This document shows positions 38,860 to 48,683 of a stretch of 64,000 nt of DNA, one piece after another. This DNA comes from Candidatus Bathyarchaeia archaeon (GTDB taxonomy: Bacteria; Patescibacteriota; Microgenomatia; PFEM01; JAFGMK01): the NCBI GenBank assembly GCA_035529595.1, contig DATKWK010000035.1:49067-113066 (forward strand), given 5' to 3'. Within the stretch, counting starts at the first letter, position 1. Each line of letters starts with the position of its first letter. The notes beneath the pieces were generated by a model, which did not search any database, had not been told where the DNA came from, and saw nothing but the letters and a program-made list of their open reading frames with translations. The translations under genes and the position numbers were made by a program.

Positions 38860-38935
38860 GGGGTTGTAGCTCAGCTTGGTTTAGAGCGTTGCCCTGTCAA
38901 GGCAAAGGCCGCGGGTTCGAGTCCCGTCAACCCCG
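38860..38935 (+). tRNA. tRNA-Asp (anticodon GUC).
   Basis: 76-nt cloverleaf GGGGTTG/CAACCCC acceptor. Anticodon stem-loop TTGCC-CTGTCAA-GGCAA, T-arm GCGGG-TTCGAGT-CCCGT. The track ORF 38847..39047 overlapping it is spurious. Confidence 0.9.
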
Positions 38936-39058
38936 CTTTCTCCTGCCCCCGATATTAGGTATTAGCACCCGAAGCATGATTTATTTTGTTTATTTGCATA
39001 AAATTAATCAATTTTTCAGCTTATTGTCGAACCTGCCCCGAGAATAGAGAGAAAGGGG

Positions 39059-39682
39059 GTGAAAAAGAAAATCATGAGCAAAAACCGGCTCAAAAACACT
39101 CTCAAAAAAATTAGGTTGAATGAAAGATCAATTAGCCGTACACTGGGAGCCCTGGTTTTGCTGGTAATCGGTATCCTGCTCTTTAACTATTACCAGGGTA
39201 TCAGAGGAGATGTAATTGCACCGGAAACGCCAAATGAAGAAATTACTCAGGAAACAGGTCCGGTTAAATTAATTGAAGAGGAAGGTAAAATCGTTCCGGA
39301 AGGATTGCCAACGGAATACACTATTGAAAGCAAAGATAATCTTTGGAAAATTGCGGAAAAGTTTTACAGTTCCGGTTATAACTGGGTTGATATTGCCAAG
39401 AGTAATAATATTCGTAATCCAGATTTTATCGTCGCCGGGCAAAAAATAACCCTGCCAAAGGTTGAAGTAAAGAAAATAACAATCGATCCACTGGTGGCAG
39501 GAATTGAAGCAGAAAAATCAATATCGGGAGAAACTTACCGGGTCCAAAAAGATGACAGTTTGTGGAAAATCGCTCTCAGGGCTTATGGCGACGGTTATCA
39601 ATGGATAAAGTTAGCCCAAGCTAACAATCTAACCAATCCCAATATCATTTACCCTGGAAATGATTTAATCGTCCCACGCTAG
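39059..39682 (+). CDS. Membrane-anchored protein with two LysM peptidoglycan-binding repeats.
   Basis: N-terminal TM helix. Two LysM repeats: YTIESKDNLWKIAEKFY...GQKITLP and YRVQKDDSLWKIALRAYG...GNDLIVP. Confidence 0.8.
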   Translation: MKKKIMSKNRLKNTLKKIRLNERSISRTLGALVLLVIGILLFNYYQGIRGDVIAPETPNEEITQETGPVKLIEEEGKIVPEGLPTEYTIESKDNLWKIAEKFYSSGYNWVDIAKSNNIRNPDFIVAGQKITLPKVEVKKITIDPLVAGIEAEKSISGETYRVQKDDSLWKIALRAYGDGYQWIKLAQANNLTNPNIIYPGNDLIVPR

Positions 39683-39861
39683 AAATAAGTAAGTCTCCCT
39701 GCCTATCCGATATGATATTCTCTTATCTGTCAAGTTCGAGATTCCGCTAAAGCCGGGAATATGTTTGAATTTCATAAGAGACTATTTTGGTAAGAAAATA
39801 ATCTTGGACATAACAGACTGCACCTTGAAGCGAGATTTGCCTTATTATAAACTTGACTGAA

Positions 39862-39932
39862 GCGGGATTAGTTGAGCGGCCCAACGTCACCTTCCCAAGG
39901 TGAAAAGACGGGTTCAACTCCCGTATCCCGCT
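39862..39932 (+). tRNA. tRNA-Gly (anticodon CCC).
   Basis: 71-nt cloverleaf GCGGGAT/ATCCCGC acceptor. Anticodon stem-loop TCACC-TTCCCAA-GGTGA, T-arm ACGGG-TTCAACT-CCCGT, discriminator U. Confidence 0.85.
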
Positions 39933-40154
39933 CAGGTAGCAATTTTTGTTTAGTTTAACCTGCCTTTCAGGAACCTGAGGAACTCATCTTCACTCTTAGT
40001 AAAAAAGTCAAAACAGCACCTTTGTAAAGAAAGAAAAAAATCCTTGCGTATGTGTATTTATTCATCTTCTTAAAGTAATTATCTGGTAGTAATAACCAGG
40101 CTGGCAATTTAGGTAAACATTTGATATAAAGAGTCTAACTTATTTGGGCGAAAT

Positions 40155-42896
40155 ATGATTAGTGATGATTTCCATACCTATTCAATTGGTAAACTCCTAA
40201 AAAGTTCCCAAAGCAGCAAAGCCGGACTGACCCAGACAGAAGCGGAGCAAAGACTGATAAATTATGGTCCCAATTCCTACGAAGAAGGAAAAAAGATTTC
40301 GGCTTGGCAAATCTTATTGGCTCAATTTAAAGACTTTCTTATTCTGATACTGATTGTAGCAACCGTCCTTTCTTTTTTTATCGGCGAGACACTTGATGCA
40401 ATCGTCATCTTGTCGATAGTTTTAGCCTGTACAATTCTCGGATTTATCCAAGAATATCAATCGGAGAAAAGCCTTGAGGCTCTAAAAAAATTAGCCACCC
40501 CACAGGCTAATGCTCTCCGTAATAAAGAAGAAGTAGAAATCAAGTCGGAAGATATCGTTCCCGGCGACATCCTTATTCTCAGAGCCGGTGATAAAATTGC
40601 TGCTGATGCGCGATTAATTGAAGAACTCAATCTCAAAGTCGACGAATCACTTTTAACCGGCGAATCGGTTCCGCTTGATAAGTCTTCAGGAATTATTTGT
40701 CGACCTGGAACGGCTTTGGCAGATAGAAAAAATATGATTTATGCCGGCACAGTTATTACCTATGGACACGGGAAAGCTCTTGTCGTGGCCACCGGTGGCA
40801 AAACGGAGTTTGGTAAAATTGCTTCAGGTTTGGCCGAAATCGTTCCCCCTAAAACGAATTTCGAAAATAAACTTGAAAAAATAGGTAAGACCTTAGGTAT
40901 CTCATCTCTAATCGTCTGTGCTGCTGCCGCCTTCCTGGGTTTCTTAAGAGGGTATCAACCCCTAGAGATGATTATTTGGGGCGTTAGTCTGGCTGTGGCG
41001 GCTGTACCGGAAGCTTTGCCGGCAGTAGTGACCAGTAGTTTGGCAATCGGTGTCAAAAGAATGGCAAAAAGAAATGTCATCATCCGAAAGCTTAAAGCGG
41101 TTGAAACTTTAGGATCGGTAACCACCATTTGTTGTGATAAAACAGGAACATTAACAAAAAATGAGATGACGACTAAAGAGATCTGGTGGCAAAATAAATT
41201 AATTTTTGTTAAAGGGGAAGGTTACTTGCCAAAAGGTGAATTTTATCTGAGAAAAAAACTACTCAAAATCAGCAGAGGCTTCCAATTTTTTCTGAAAATC
41301 GGTGCTCTATGCAACGATGCAATCTTGAAAGAAAAGAACGATGTCTGGCGTATAATAGGTGATCCAACTGAAGGCGCTCTGGTAGTAGCCGCAGAAAAAG
41401 CCGGGATTAAAGTTGAAGGTCTCAGAAAAAAATTTGCCAGAATCGGCGAAATTCAATTTGATGAACTACGAAAAAGAATGAGTACACTTCATTCTGGCAC
41501 AAAACAGGTCCTAATTTGCCTAAAGGGCGCACCGGAAAGCGTGATTGACTGCTGTAGTTATTACGAAACAGGCAAGGGCATCAAAAAAATCACCGCTTCG
41601 GTTAAACGGAGTATTGTCGCTAAAACGGCAGAAATGGGAAGAAGAGGACGCCGGGTTCTGGCTTATGCCCATCGGTATATTCCCTACTCAAGCTTTCTGG
41701 ATAAGAAGGAAGATCTTCAACCAGAACAAATAGAAACAAAGCTTATTTTTGCTGGCTTAGTTGGTTTAATTGATCCTCCGAGACCAGAAGTCGAATCGGC
41801 AGTTAGGCTCGCTAAAGCCGCCGGTGTCCGGACTGTAATTGTAACCGGTGATCACGCTTTGACAGCACTGGCGATTGCCCAAGAGATCGGCCTGGTCGGC
41901 CCGAATGAGAAAATCGAAGATGTCCTGCTTACTGGCCAGGAATTAGAGAAAATAAGCGACAAACGATTTGCACAGATTATTGATAAAATCAAGATATTTG
42001 CCCGTACTACCCCGCATCACAAATTAAAAATTATCGAAGCCTATAAAAAGAATGATGAAATTGTCGCCATGACCGGTGATGGTATCAATGACGCTCAAGC
42101 GGTAAAAAAAGCCGATATCGGACTTTCAATGGGAATAAGCGGCACTGACGTTACCCGGGAAGCTTCAGATGCTATTTTGACAGATGATAATTTTGCGACC
42201 ATCGTCGACGCAATCAAAGAAGGTCGCTTAATATTCGAAAATATCAGAAAATATTTATTTTGCCTTCTCAGCTGTAACTTAGCTGAGGTCATGATCCTTT
42301 TCTCCGGCTATCTGCTCGGCCTACCGACAATACTTGTTCCGGTCCAAATTCTGTGGGTCAATTTAATTACTGACGGTTTACCAGCCATCAGTTTAGGAGT
42401 AGATCCACCTGAAGGAGACTTAATGGCCAGAAAGCCGGAAGGAATAAACCGACAAATTTTTTCCAAGACTACTTTCCGTTTCTTAATTTTTCTCTCCGTT
42501 TTTACGACTCTTTCTCTACTCCTCATTTTTGTCCGGTTTTTATCTACCACAAACCTGGCTAAGGCACAAACGATGACTTTCGTTTCCATGATTATCGCTG
42601 AACTGATTATCGCTTATGTCAGCCGGTCTTCAAAAGAAAGTTTACTTAATAAAGAAGCCTTTAAGAATCGTTGGCTTAATCTTTCGGTCTTGGGATCAAT
42701 TCTAGCTACCTATTTAGTGATCCAAACGACTACCCTTCAGAATTTATTTCGGACAATCTCATTAACAGCAAGCGACTGGACATTAGCCCTTGGCATCGGC
42801 TTGGCAATCGCCTTAGTCGCTGAAATTTGGAAATATTTTATCCGCCATTCTCGGGATACCCGATCAATTCCCGGTAATACAACTCTTTCCTTATAG
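40155..42896 (+). CDS. P-type cation-transporting ATPase (type II, Ca2+/Mg2+-like).
   Basis: Phosphorylation site CCDKTGTLT. Hinge MTGDGINDAQAVKKADIGLSMG. Ten TM helices. 913 aa. Confidence 0.9.
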   Translation: MISDDFHTYSIGKLLKSSQSSKAGLTQTEAEQRLINYGPNSYEEGKKISAWQILLAQFKDFLILILIVATVLSFFIGETLDAIVILSIVLACTILGFIQEYQSEKSLEALKKLATPQANALRNKEEVEIKSEDIVPGDILILRAGDKIAADARLIEELNLKVDESLLTGESVPLDKSSGIICRPGTALADRKNMIYAGTVITYGHGKALVVATGGKTEFGKIASGLAEIVPPKTNFENKLEKIGKTLGISSLIVCAAAAFLGFLRGYQPLEMIIWGVSLAVAAVPEALPAVVTSSLAIGVKRMAKRNVIIRKLKAVETLGSVTTICCDKTGTLTKNEMTTKEIWWQNKLIFVKGEGYLPKGEFYLRKKLLKISRGFQFFLKIGALCNDAILKEKNDVWRIIGDPTEGALVVAAEKAGIKVEGLRKKFARIGEIQFDELRKRMSTLHSGTKQVLICLKGAPESVIDCCSYYETGKGIKKITASVKRSIVAKTAEMGRRGRRVLAYAHRYIPYSSFLDKKEDLQPEQIETKLIFAGLVGLIDPPRPEVESAVRLAKAAGVRTVIVTGDHALTALAIAQEIGLVGPNEKIEDVLLTGQELEKISDKRFAQIIDKIKIFARTTPHHKLKIIEAYKKNDEIVAMTGDGINDAQAVKKADIGLSMGISGTDVTREASDAILTDDNFATIVDAIKEGRLIFENIRKYLFCLLSCNLAEVMILFSGYLLGLPTILVPVQILWVNLITDGLPAISLGVDPPEGDLMARKPEGINRQIFSKTTFRFLIFLSVFTTLSLLLIFVRFLSTTNLAKAQTMTFVSMIIAELIIAYVSRSSKESLLNKEAFKNRWLNLSVLGSILATYLVIQTTTLQNLFRTISLTASDWTLALGIGLAIALVAEIWKYFIRHSRDTRSIPGNTTLSL

Positions 42897-42899
42897 TCT

Positions 42900-43928
42900 A
42901 TGCCCGAAAAACCCTATGAAAATCTCCATCATCATACAAATGTCTCTGACGGAGAGTTGTCTTATCTTGAGACATTAGTTTTTTGCCAAAAATACAATAT
43001 CAGCACGGTTGCTTTTACCGACCACGACAGCTTACCCTCTAAATATCAAGTCAATAAACTGCGAAAAGTTTACCCGGTAAAGACTGATTGGATTATAGGA
43101 ATCGAAATATCTTCCGGTCTCCCAGAAGAATTAGGCGGTTTACCATCAGCCAGTTTCCATATTGTAGGTTTATTTGTAAACCCATTTGATAAAAGACTGA
43201 CAAACTATTGCCAAAAAAAACAGGAAGCCCGACAAGAAAGAATGAAAAGAATGGTAAAAAACTTAAACCAACTTGGTTTCCGAATTACCGCGGACGATTG
43301 TCTTCGTGAATCACAAGGAGAGAGTATGGGTCGTACCCACATTGTGTCGGCTTTAAAAAAACGACCCGAATACGGAAAAATCATAGAAATTTTAAAGAAA
43401 AAGATGAAAGAAGACAGTCTCAGGAACAAAAAGATTAAGATTAAGTACCAAGAATTAATTGATAGGGGACCAGAGCAATATCCCTTCGCTCTATTTTTAA
43501 CCGATAATGCCTATTTACCGGGAATCTACGTTAACCATCTTTACAGCCTTCCCCTTAACATGACTGTTAGCCTTATTCGAGAAGCCGGAGGGATAGCAAT
43601 TCTTGCTCACTGGTCATTTATTAAAAAAAAGATAGACCTAATACTAGTAGAAAAATTACTGAGAGAAAAACGCCTTGACGGTCTGGAAATCGTTTATAGT
43701 CATTCTTCTACCGCAATTCGCAAAAAAATCTATCAAGATATAAAAGAACTTAAAAGAGTAGCCGAACTGAATAACTGCCTCCGAAGCGGAGGCATCGACT
43801 CTCATACAAAACAAAATATTCGCAGCTTTCTCCGGAACAAAAGACTGGCACCGCTAACCAGAGGACTTACTAGAGGAATAATAAGGCATGGTAAAATTGA
43901 TACCAGTTGGTCTTCTTTTCAAAATTGA
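42900..43928 (+). CDS. PHP-domain (polymerase/histidinol-phosphatase-like) phosphoesterase.
   Basis: N-terminal LHHHTNVSDG...AFTDHDS fits the PHP metal-binding pattern. Confidence 0.6.
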   Translation: MPEKPYENLHHHTNVSDGELSYLETLVFCQKYNISTVAFTDHDSLPSKYQVNKLRKVYPVKTDWIIGIEISSGLPEELGGLPSASFHIVGLFVNPFDKRLTNYCQKKQEARQERMKRMVKNLNQLGFRITADDCLRESQGESMGRTHIVSALKKRPEYGKIIEILKKKMKEDSLRNKKIKIKYQELIDRGPEQYPFALFLTDNAYLPGIYVNHLYSLPLNMTVSLIREAGGIAILAHWSFIKKKIDLILVEKLLREKRLDGLEIVYSHSSTAIRKKIYQDIKELKRVAELNNCLRSGGIDSHTKQNIRSFLRNKRLAPLTRGLTRGIIRHGKIDTSWSSFQN

Positions 43929-44011
43929 CCGGACCTGATAAATCTTTGCCAATTCTTAAGTATCTTGCTAAAATACAGACAATCTAATCCTTATAAAATC
44001 AATAACAAGTT

Positions 44012-44084
44012 GCTGACGTAGCTCAGTTGGTAGAGCAATCCTCTCGTAAGGGATAGGTCGTCGGTTCGAATCCGACCGTCAGCT
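44012..44084 (+). tRNA. tRNA-Thr (anticodon CGU).
   Basis: 73-nt cloverleaf GCTGACG/CGTCAGC acceptor. D-arm GCTCAGTTGGTAGAGC, anticodon stem-loop ATCCT-CTCGTAA-GGGAT, T-arm GTCGG-TTCGAAT-CCGAC. Confidence 0.9.
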
Positions 44085-44091
44085 CTCATAT

Positions 44092-44814
44092 ATGGCGCCC
44101 TACCGACAAAAATCAAGATTAATTAGAAAGGAAAGACAAAAAAGTCTGCAACGAACCTATCTTTTTACTGTCTTAACACTTCTACTGGTAATTGCAATCT
44201 TATTTCTCGGCATTCCCCTTTTGATCAAGCTAGCCGCTTTCTTAGGAGAAATAAGAAGCTCTTCAATCGTTATTGAGAAAAATGACACTATTCCCCCACC
44301 GACACCGCAGACTTATGCTTTACCAAAAGCCGTTAAAGAGCCGGAGATTAAGCTGGAGGGCTCAAGCGAGTCGAATTCTAAGGTTTCCATTTATGTCAAC
44401 GGTCAATTAGTTAAGGAAGTGATAACGGATAAAGAAGGAGTTTTCACAGCCCAACTTCCACTTCCAAGCAAAAGAAATGAAATCATCTTGCAAGCAGAAG
44501 ACCAGGCGGGAAATAAGAGCCAAGAATCGGAAAGGAAAGTGGTTATTTATGATAATGAACCACCTTTGCTGGAAATCATTATGCCGGAAGGCACCGAAGT
44601 TACCTGGGACAAAAATCAAATAGAAATCGCAGGCAGAACCGAACCGGAAGCTTCTTTATATTTAAACGACCGCCTGGTCATTCTCAATCAGGACGGTAAT
44701 TTCAAGTATCTTTTGACTCTCGCTGAAGGAGAAAATTTAGTTAAAATCAGCGCTAAAGATGAGGCGGAAAACCTGACAGAAAAAGAGATAACTATTATCT
44801 ATACCCCCTTTTAA
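44092..44814 (+). CDS. Membrane-anchored extracytoplasmic protein, probably with a beta-sandwich/Ig-like fold.
   Basis: Basic N-terminus plus a TM helix (LFTVLTLLLVIAILFLGIPLLI), then a beta-rich 170-aa domain. It starts 8 nt after tRNA-Thr. Confidence 0.4.
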   Translation: MAPYRQKSRLIRKERQKSLQRTYLFTVLTLLLVIAILFLGIPLLIKLAAFLGEIRSSSIVIEKNDTIPPPTPQTYALPKAVKEPEIKLEGSSESNSKVSIYVNGQLVKEVITDKEGVFTAQLPLPSKRNEIILQAEDQAGNKSQESERKVVIYDNEPPLLEIIMPEGTEVTWDKNQIEIAGRTEPEASLYLNDRLVILNQDGNFKYLLTLAEGENLVKISAKDEAENLTEKEITIIYTPF

Positions 44815-44821
44815 ACGACCT

Positions 44822-46054
44822 CTATTCAATTTCTAAAATTACGATCATCATCCAATACCAAGCCATAATCCAAGCATAAAAAAGGCTATTTAAAAAAAAG
44901 CTATGAACGCCCAAGGCAGCTAACGTCGCAAGAATAAATAAGCCAAATTGACCTGGCTTATTTTTTTCTTTCCTGCGGATTAAATTAAAAATCCCCAGCC
45001 ACAACCAAAGATAGGTAACCAAACCCGGCAGACCTGTAGTAGCCAGAACTAGCAACAGACTTGAATCGGAACCGGCACCGGCATGATTCTCTTGCCAATC
45101 GTGGCCCAAAAAACCATAGTCCCGCGCCGCATAACGATAAGCATTAAAGCCAACTCCCAGCAGAGGATGATCAAGAAAAATCTCAGTTGCCTGTTGCCAA
45201 TTTTTGATACGAGCTTCAATTGAAGCCCATCTTTCCAGCCGAACTCCCTCTCCTCCCGGCCTAGGCAAAATCACTATAGTCAGTAATAAAATAATAAAAG
45301 CCAGCCCAAAAAACCTAAATGATCTTTTTTTCCAAGCAATTATACCGGCAGCCACCAGATAAGCCAGATAACTGGTTCGGGAATACGTCAAAGCGAAAGA
45401 TAAATAAATAATGACTGCGGCAAATATCAAAATCTTCTTCTTATTTACGAAAGATGCTTGCGCAAAAAAACTTATTATCAAAATCAGTCCGAAAACCAAG
45501 ATTAAACCGGTAAATCCGGGATCCAAAAAGGTTGATACAACCCGATAATAATGAGGATCCCAATTGGCAGCTTCAAAAGTCCGTAAATCAGGCCACAGAA
45601 GATATTGAACCAAGCCAAAAAAAGCAACCGTAACGCTTAACACCATTAAATACAGTTTCAAACGATGGGTCAAAAAAGATTTCATCTTAACTTGATGATT
45701 TAAATCAAAGATACTTAAATAGAGGCCCGCGTATACTAGCCAGCGAATTAGATAAAGTGAAGAAACCAATGTTTCTTTGATGGATAGCCGTGAGATGTTT
45801 GCCAAAAGGGATAAAAATCCAACGGCAAAAAAGGCAAGAATTGGTCCAATTAAAGAAGAAAATCGAATTCTTATCTTCGCCGAAAGATGCCAAAGTAGCC
45901 AACTAACAAGCAATAGAATAAGAGACACGTCTGTCAGGTAAACTCTTACTTCTACAGGCAGCAAGGGAAGTCGAATTCTTGTCAATTGACCAAACGGAAA
46001 AGCTACCAAGAAAATATATAGAAAAAATTGACTAAGTTTTAAAAACAGATTCAT
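44822..46054 (-). CDS. O-antigen ligase / Wzy-like polytopic membrane protein.
   Basis: About 10-12 TM helices with a periplasmic loop containing ...HDWQENHAGAGSD.... It overlaps the upstream GT2 gene by 4 nt. Confidence 0.55.
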   Translation of the reverse strand: MNLFLKLSQFFLYIFLVAFPFGQLTRIRLPLLPVEVRVYLTDVSLILLLVSWLLWHLSAKIRIRFSSLIGPILAFFAVGFLSLLANISRLSIKETLVSSLYLIRWLVYAGLYLSIFDLNHQVKMKSFLTHRLKLYLMVLSVTVAFFGLVQYLLWPDLRTFEAANWDPHYYRVVSTFLDPGFTGLILVFGLILIISFFAQASFVNKKKILIFAAVIIYLSFALTYSRTSYLAYLVAAGIIAWKKRSFRFFGLAFIILLLTIVILPRPGGEGVRLERWASIEARIKNWQQATEIFLDHPLLGVGFNAYRYAARDYGFLGHDWQENHAGAGSDSSLLLVLATTGLPGLVTYLWLWLGIFNLIRRKEKNKPGQFGLFILATLAALGVHSFFLNSLFYAWIMAWYWMMIVILEIE

Positions 46055-46809
46055 CGCTGATATTCAAGCGGTCCCTTTTTCCAAAGTAAAAATAACTTGG
46101 CCCAAGATAAAAACGAGTGAAGGCTCATCATTAAAGCAACAATCAGGCCCGGCATTCTATCGAGAAAGCCGAACCGAATTAAATAATTGTATATGAACTT
46201 CCCCAAAGGATAACAAATTATTTTGAAAGTCCCGCTTTTTTTGCGCTCCTCAAACAAAGCCCAGGCATGAAGCGTACTGTAGAAATTAATGGCGTTTAGA
46301 AATTCGCTAATCGCCTGGTGAGGGTAATGGACCAGTGGAGCAGCTAGTTCGCCCACCTTTCCTTCTACTTGCCAGACTTCGTGGACTCTCCTTTCCCATT
46401 TACCCGATCCCCGGCGGGCGAGACGAAGCAGTTCTACGTTTGCTGTTTCTCCAAACTCCAGTTTTTTTCCAAAAAGAACATCCTGGCGTTTCAGATAATA
46501 GCCGATAAATTTGGGGTTCTTAATCACACTCTGAATCTCTTCTTTCAACTTAGGAGTAACCCTTTCATCGGCATCAATAAACAAAATCCAGTCTCCTTTG
46601 GCTTTATCGAGGGCAAAATTACGCTGAGCAGCAAAATCTTGATTAAGACCTCTTTGACTAACTTTTACTCCCATTTCTTGGGCAATTTGAATCGTTTTGT
46701 CCTGAGAATAATCGTCGACAACAATCACCTCATTACAAAAGACAAGGGTCTTTAAACACTCCCCGATATTTTTTTCTTCGTTTTTCGTCAGTACAATCCC
46801 AGTGAGCAT
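46051..46809 (-). CDS. Family 2 glycosyltransferase.
   Basis: GIVLTKNEEKNIGECL...VVDDYSQDKT and the later DADE block fit the GT-A DxD pattern. Confidence 0.7.
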   Translation of the reverse strand: MLTGIVLTKNEEKNIGECLKTLVFCNEVIVVDDYSQDKTIQIAQEMGVKVSQRGLNQDFAAQRNFALDKAKGDWILFIDADERVTPKLKEEIQSVIKNPKFIGYYLKRQDVLFGKKLEFGETANVELLRLARRGSGKWERRVHEVWQVEGKVGELAAPLVHYPHQAISEFLNAINFYSTLHAWALFEERKKSGTFKIICYPLGKFIYNYLIRFGFLDRMPGLIVALMMSLHSFLSWAKLFLLWKKGPLEYQR

Positions 46810-47600
46810 AGCAGTTTATTATAAGTTATCTTAAATAATAGAAATAATAAATATGAATACGCAAATATTCTATTTTTCCAAACAATATATTTATTGATAA
46901 ATCTTAAGTTCCCTTTTAAGAGATAATAAACGCTGTTCCATGGTTTATCCACTATGTATTTGAGTTTATGAAATATCACAACTCCTAATTCAATATCTAT
47001 CGTTAAGTTTGCTCTTCTTGCCCTGATACAAAAATCAACATCCTCCCAATATAAAAAGAACTTCTCGTCTAAAAAACCAATTTTAAAAAAAACTTTAGAT
47101 TTAATTTTCATACAACAACCAGATACATAATCAATTACTTGAGGCTTAAAAATTGAACGAAAACGTTTGTGTTTGGTCCTTCCCAAGATATAATTAACTC
47201 TTCCCCCTAAATCATAAACAGCTTTACCATTAAAAATATATTTTATTACCGGCGATACTATATCTGCTGGATTTTGTATTAATCTTTTAGAAAAACCTTC
47301 CTTAAAATTAGTATCTGGATTAAGAAGAATGATATTTTTGAAATGCAATCTTAAAGCTCGACGTATACCAATATTTGCTGCAACTGCAAAACCCTTATTA
47401 ACAGAATTTTTTAAAACTATAACAGAAGAACTAAATCTTTCTATAATTCTTTCTAACGATCCGTCTGTAGATGCATTATCGATTACAATTATTTTCACTT
47501 CCTCCTTAATTAGTAAACCTAAGCATGATAATATTTGATTCCCACAATTAAAATTTACCAAAATTATACAAGTATTTTTCATTTGACCAAACCAAAGCAT
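46788..47600 (-). CDS. Family 2 glycosyltransferase.
   Basis: Motifs IIVIDNASTDGS, NKGFAVAANIGI and ILLNPDT. Confidence 0.65.
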   Translation of the reverse strand: MLWFGQMKNTCIILVNFNCGNQILSCLGLLIKEEVKIIVIDNASTDGSLERIIERFSSSVIVLKNSVNKGFAVAANIGIRRALRLHFKNIILLNPDTNFKEGFSKRLIQNPADIVSPVIKYIFNGKAVYDLGGRVNYILGRTKHKRFRSIFKPQVIDYVSGCCMKIKSKVFFKIGFLDEKFFLYWEDVDFCIRARRANLTIDIELGVVIFHKLKYIVDKPWNSVYYLLKGNLRFINKYIVWKNRIFAYSYLLFLLFKITYNKLLCSLGLY

Positions 47601-48568
47601 CGTATTTTTTTATATACCATATGCTGATTAAAACTATCTATACTCGTTTTTCTTTGTCCAAGAATAGTTATTCGTTTTGCAATAATCTTCTTAGCATTTT
47701 TCAACAACCAAATATCCGCCATAAAAGCTTCTTTCCAAAATCCTCTCATACTCATATAAAGTAATGTATTCAAATGAACCATCGGAATTGTGATGAATCT
47801 CCAACGTTTTAATAATAAACCAATAGGAAAATTTTTAATTATACTAAATGTCATATTTCTAAACTGTAAGTATTCTACTGATCTGCTAATCCTTTTTGAG
47901 GTTGCTTTATTATGATGAAATACTATGGCTTTAGGTTCGAACCAGAACTCACATCCAATTAATTGAGCCCGTAGGCACCAATCAACGTCTTCCCCATATG
48001 CAAAAAAATCTTCATCAAACAATCCTATTTTCTTAAAACAGTTAGCTTTATAAATGCTAGCACATGCCGTAATCAAGAATACTTTTTCTCGAATATTCCA
48101 TTTAGAAGTATCATCCCCATTTCCTCTATGAAAAGCTTGGCCTACACTATTTATAACATCCCCTGCTGAATCTATTATATTAGGATTATTATAATTTAAT
48201 ATTTTCGCCGCTACTGCACATATTTTGTTACTCCTCCGAATCGATTCAACTAATGTCTGTATAAAATTCTTTTCTACTACCGTATCATTATTTAGAAGAA
48301 TTATGTATTTAGATCGAGACACAGATATTCCCTGATTTACAGCCTTGGCAAATCCTAGATTATTACGATTAACAATAGTTCTGACAGTTGGATAACGAGA
48401 ATTAATTAAACGAAGTGATCCATCGATCGAGCCATTATCAACTACTATGATGTTAAAATCTTGAAACCATTGATCCATTAAGGATTTTAGACAATTATCT
48501 AATAACTGTTCTCCGTTCCAATTAGGAATTATTACAGTAACTAATTTTGTTTTCGCTTTATTAATCAT
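47579..48568 (-). CDS. Family 2 glycosyltransferase.
   Basis: Motifs VTVIIPNWNGEQLLDNCLKSL, VVDNGSIDGS and LLNNDT. Confidence 0.75.
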   Translation of the reverse strand: MINKAKTKLVTVIIPNWNGEQLLDNCLKSLMDQWFQDFNIIVVDNGSIDGSLRLINSRYPTVRTIVNRNNLGFAKAVNQGISVSRSKYIILLNNDTVVEKNFIQTLVESIRRSNKICAVAAKILNYNNPNIIDSAGDVINSVGQAFHRGNGDDTSKWNIREKVFLITACASIYKANCFKKIGLFDEDFFAYGEDVDWCLRAQLIGCEFWFEPKAIVFHHNKATSKRISRSVEYLQFRNMTFSIIKNFPIGLLLKRWRFITIPMVHLNTLLYMSMRGFWKEAFMADIWLLKNAKKIIAKRITILGQRKTSIDSFNQHMVYKKIRCFGLVK

Positions 48569-48683
48569 AAAGAAATCGCCTTCTACAGATAATGGTTTCC
48601 TTGAGTAATATTATCATTAGATTATTAAACTAAAGATGATCATGTTGACAAAATTATAAAATTTTTGTTCAATAAAAGGTATA

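Noticed and set aside
38847-39047. 66-aa plus-strand ORF.
   Set aside because: It overlaps tRNA-Asp (38860-38935) in the same orientation, so it is spurious.
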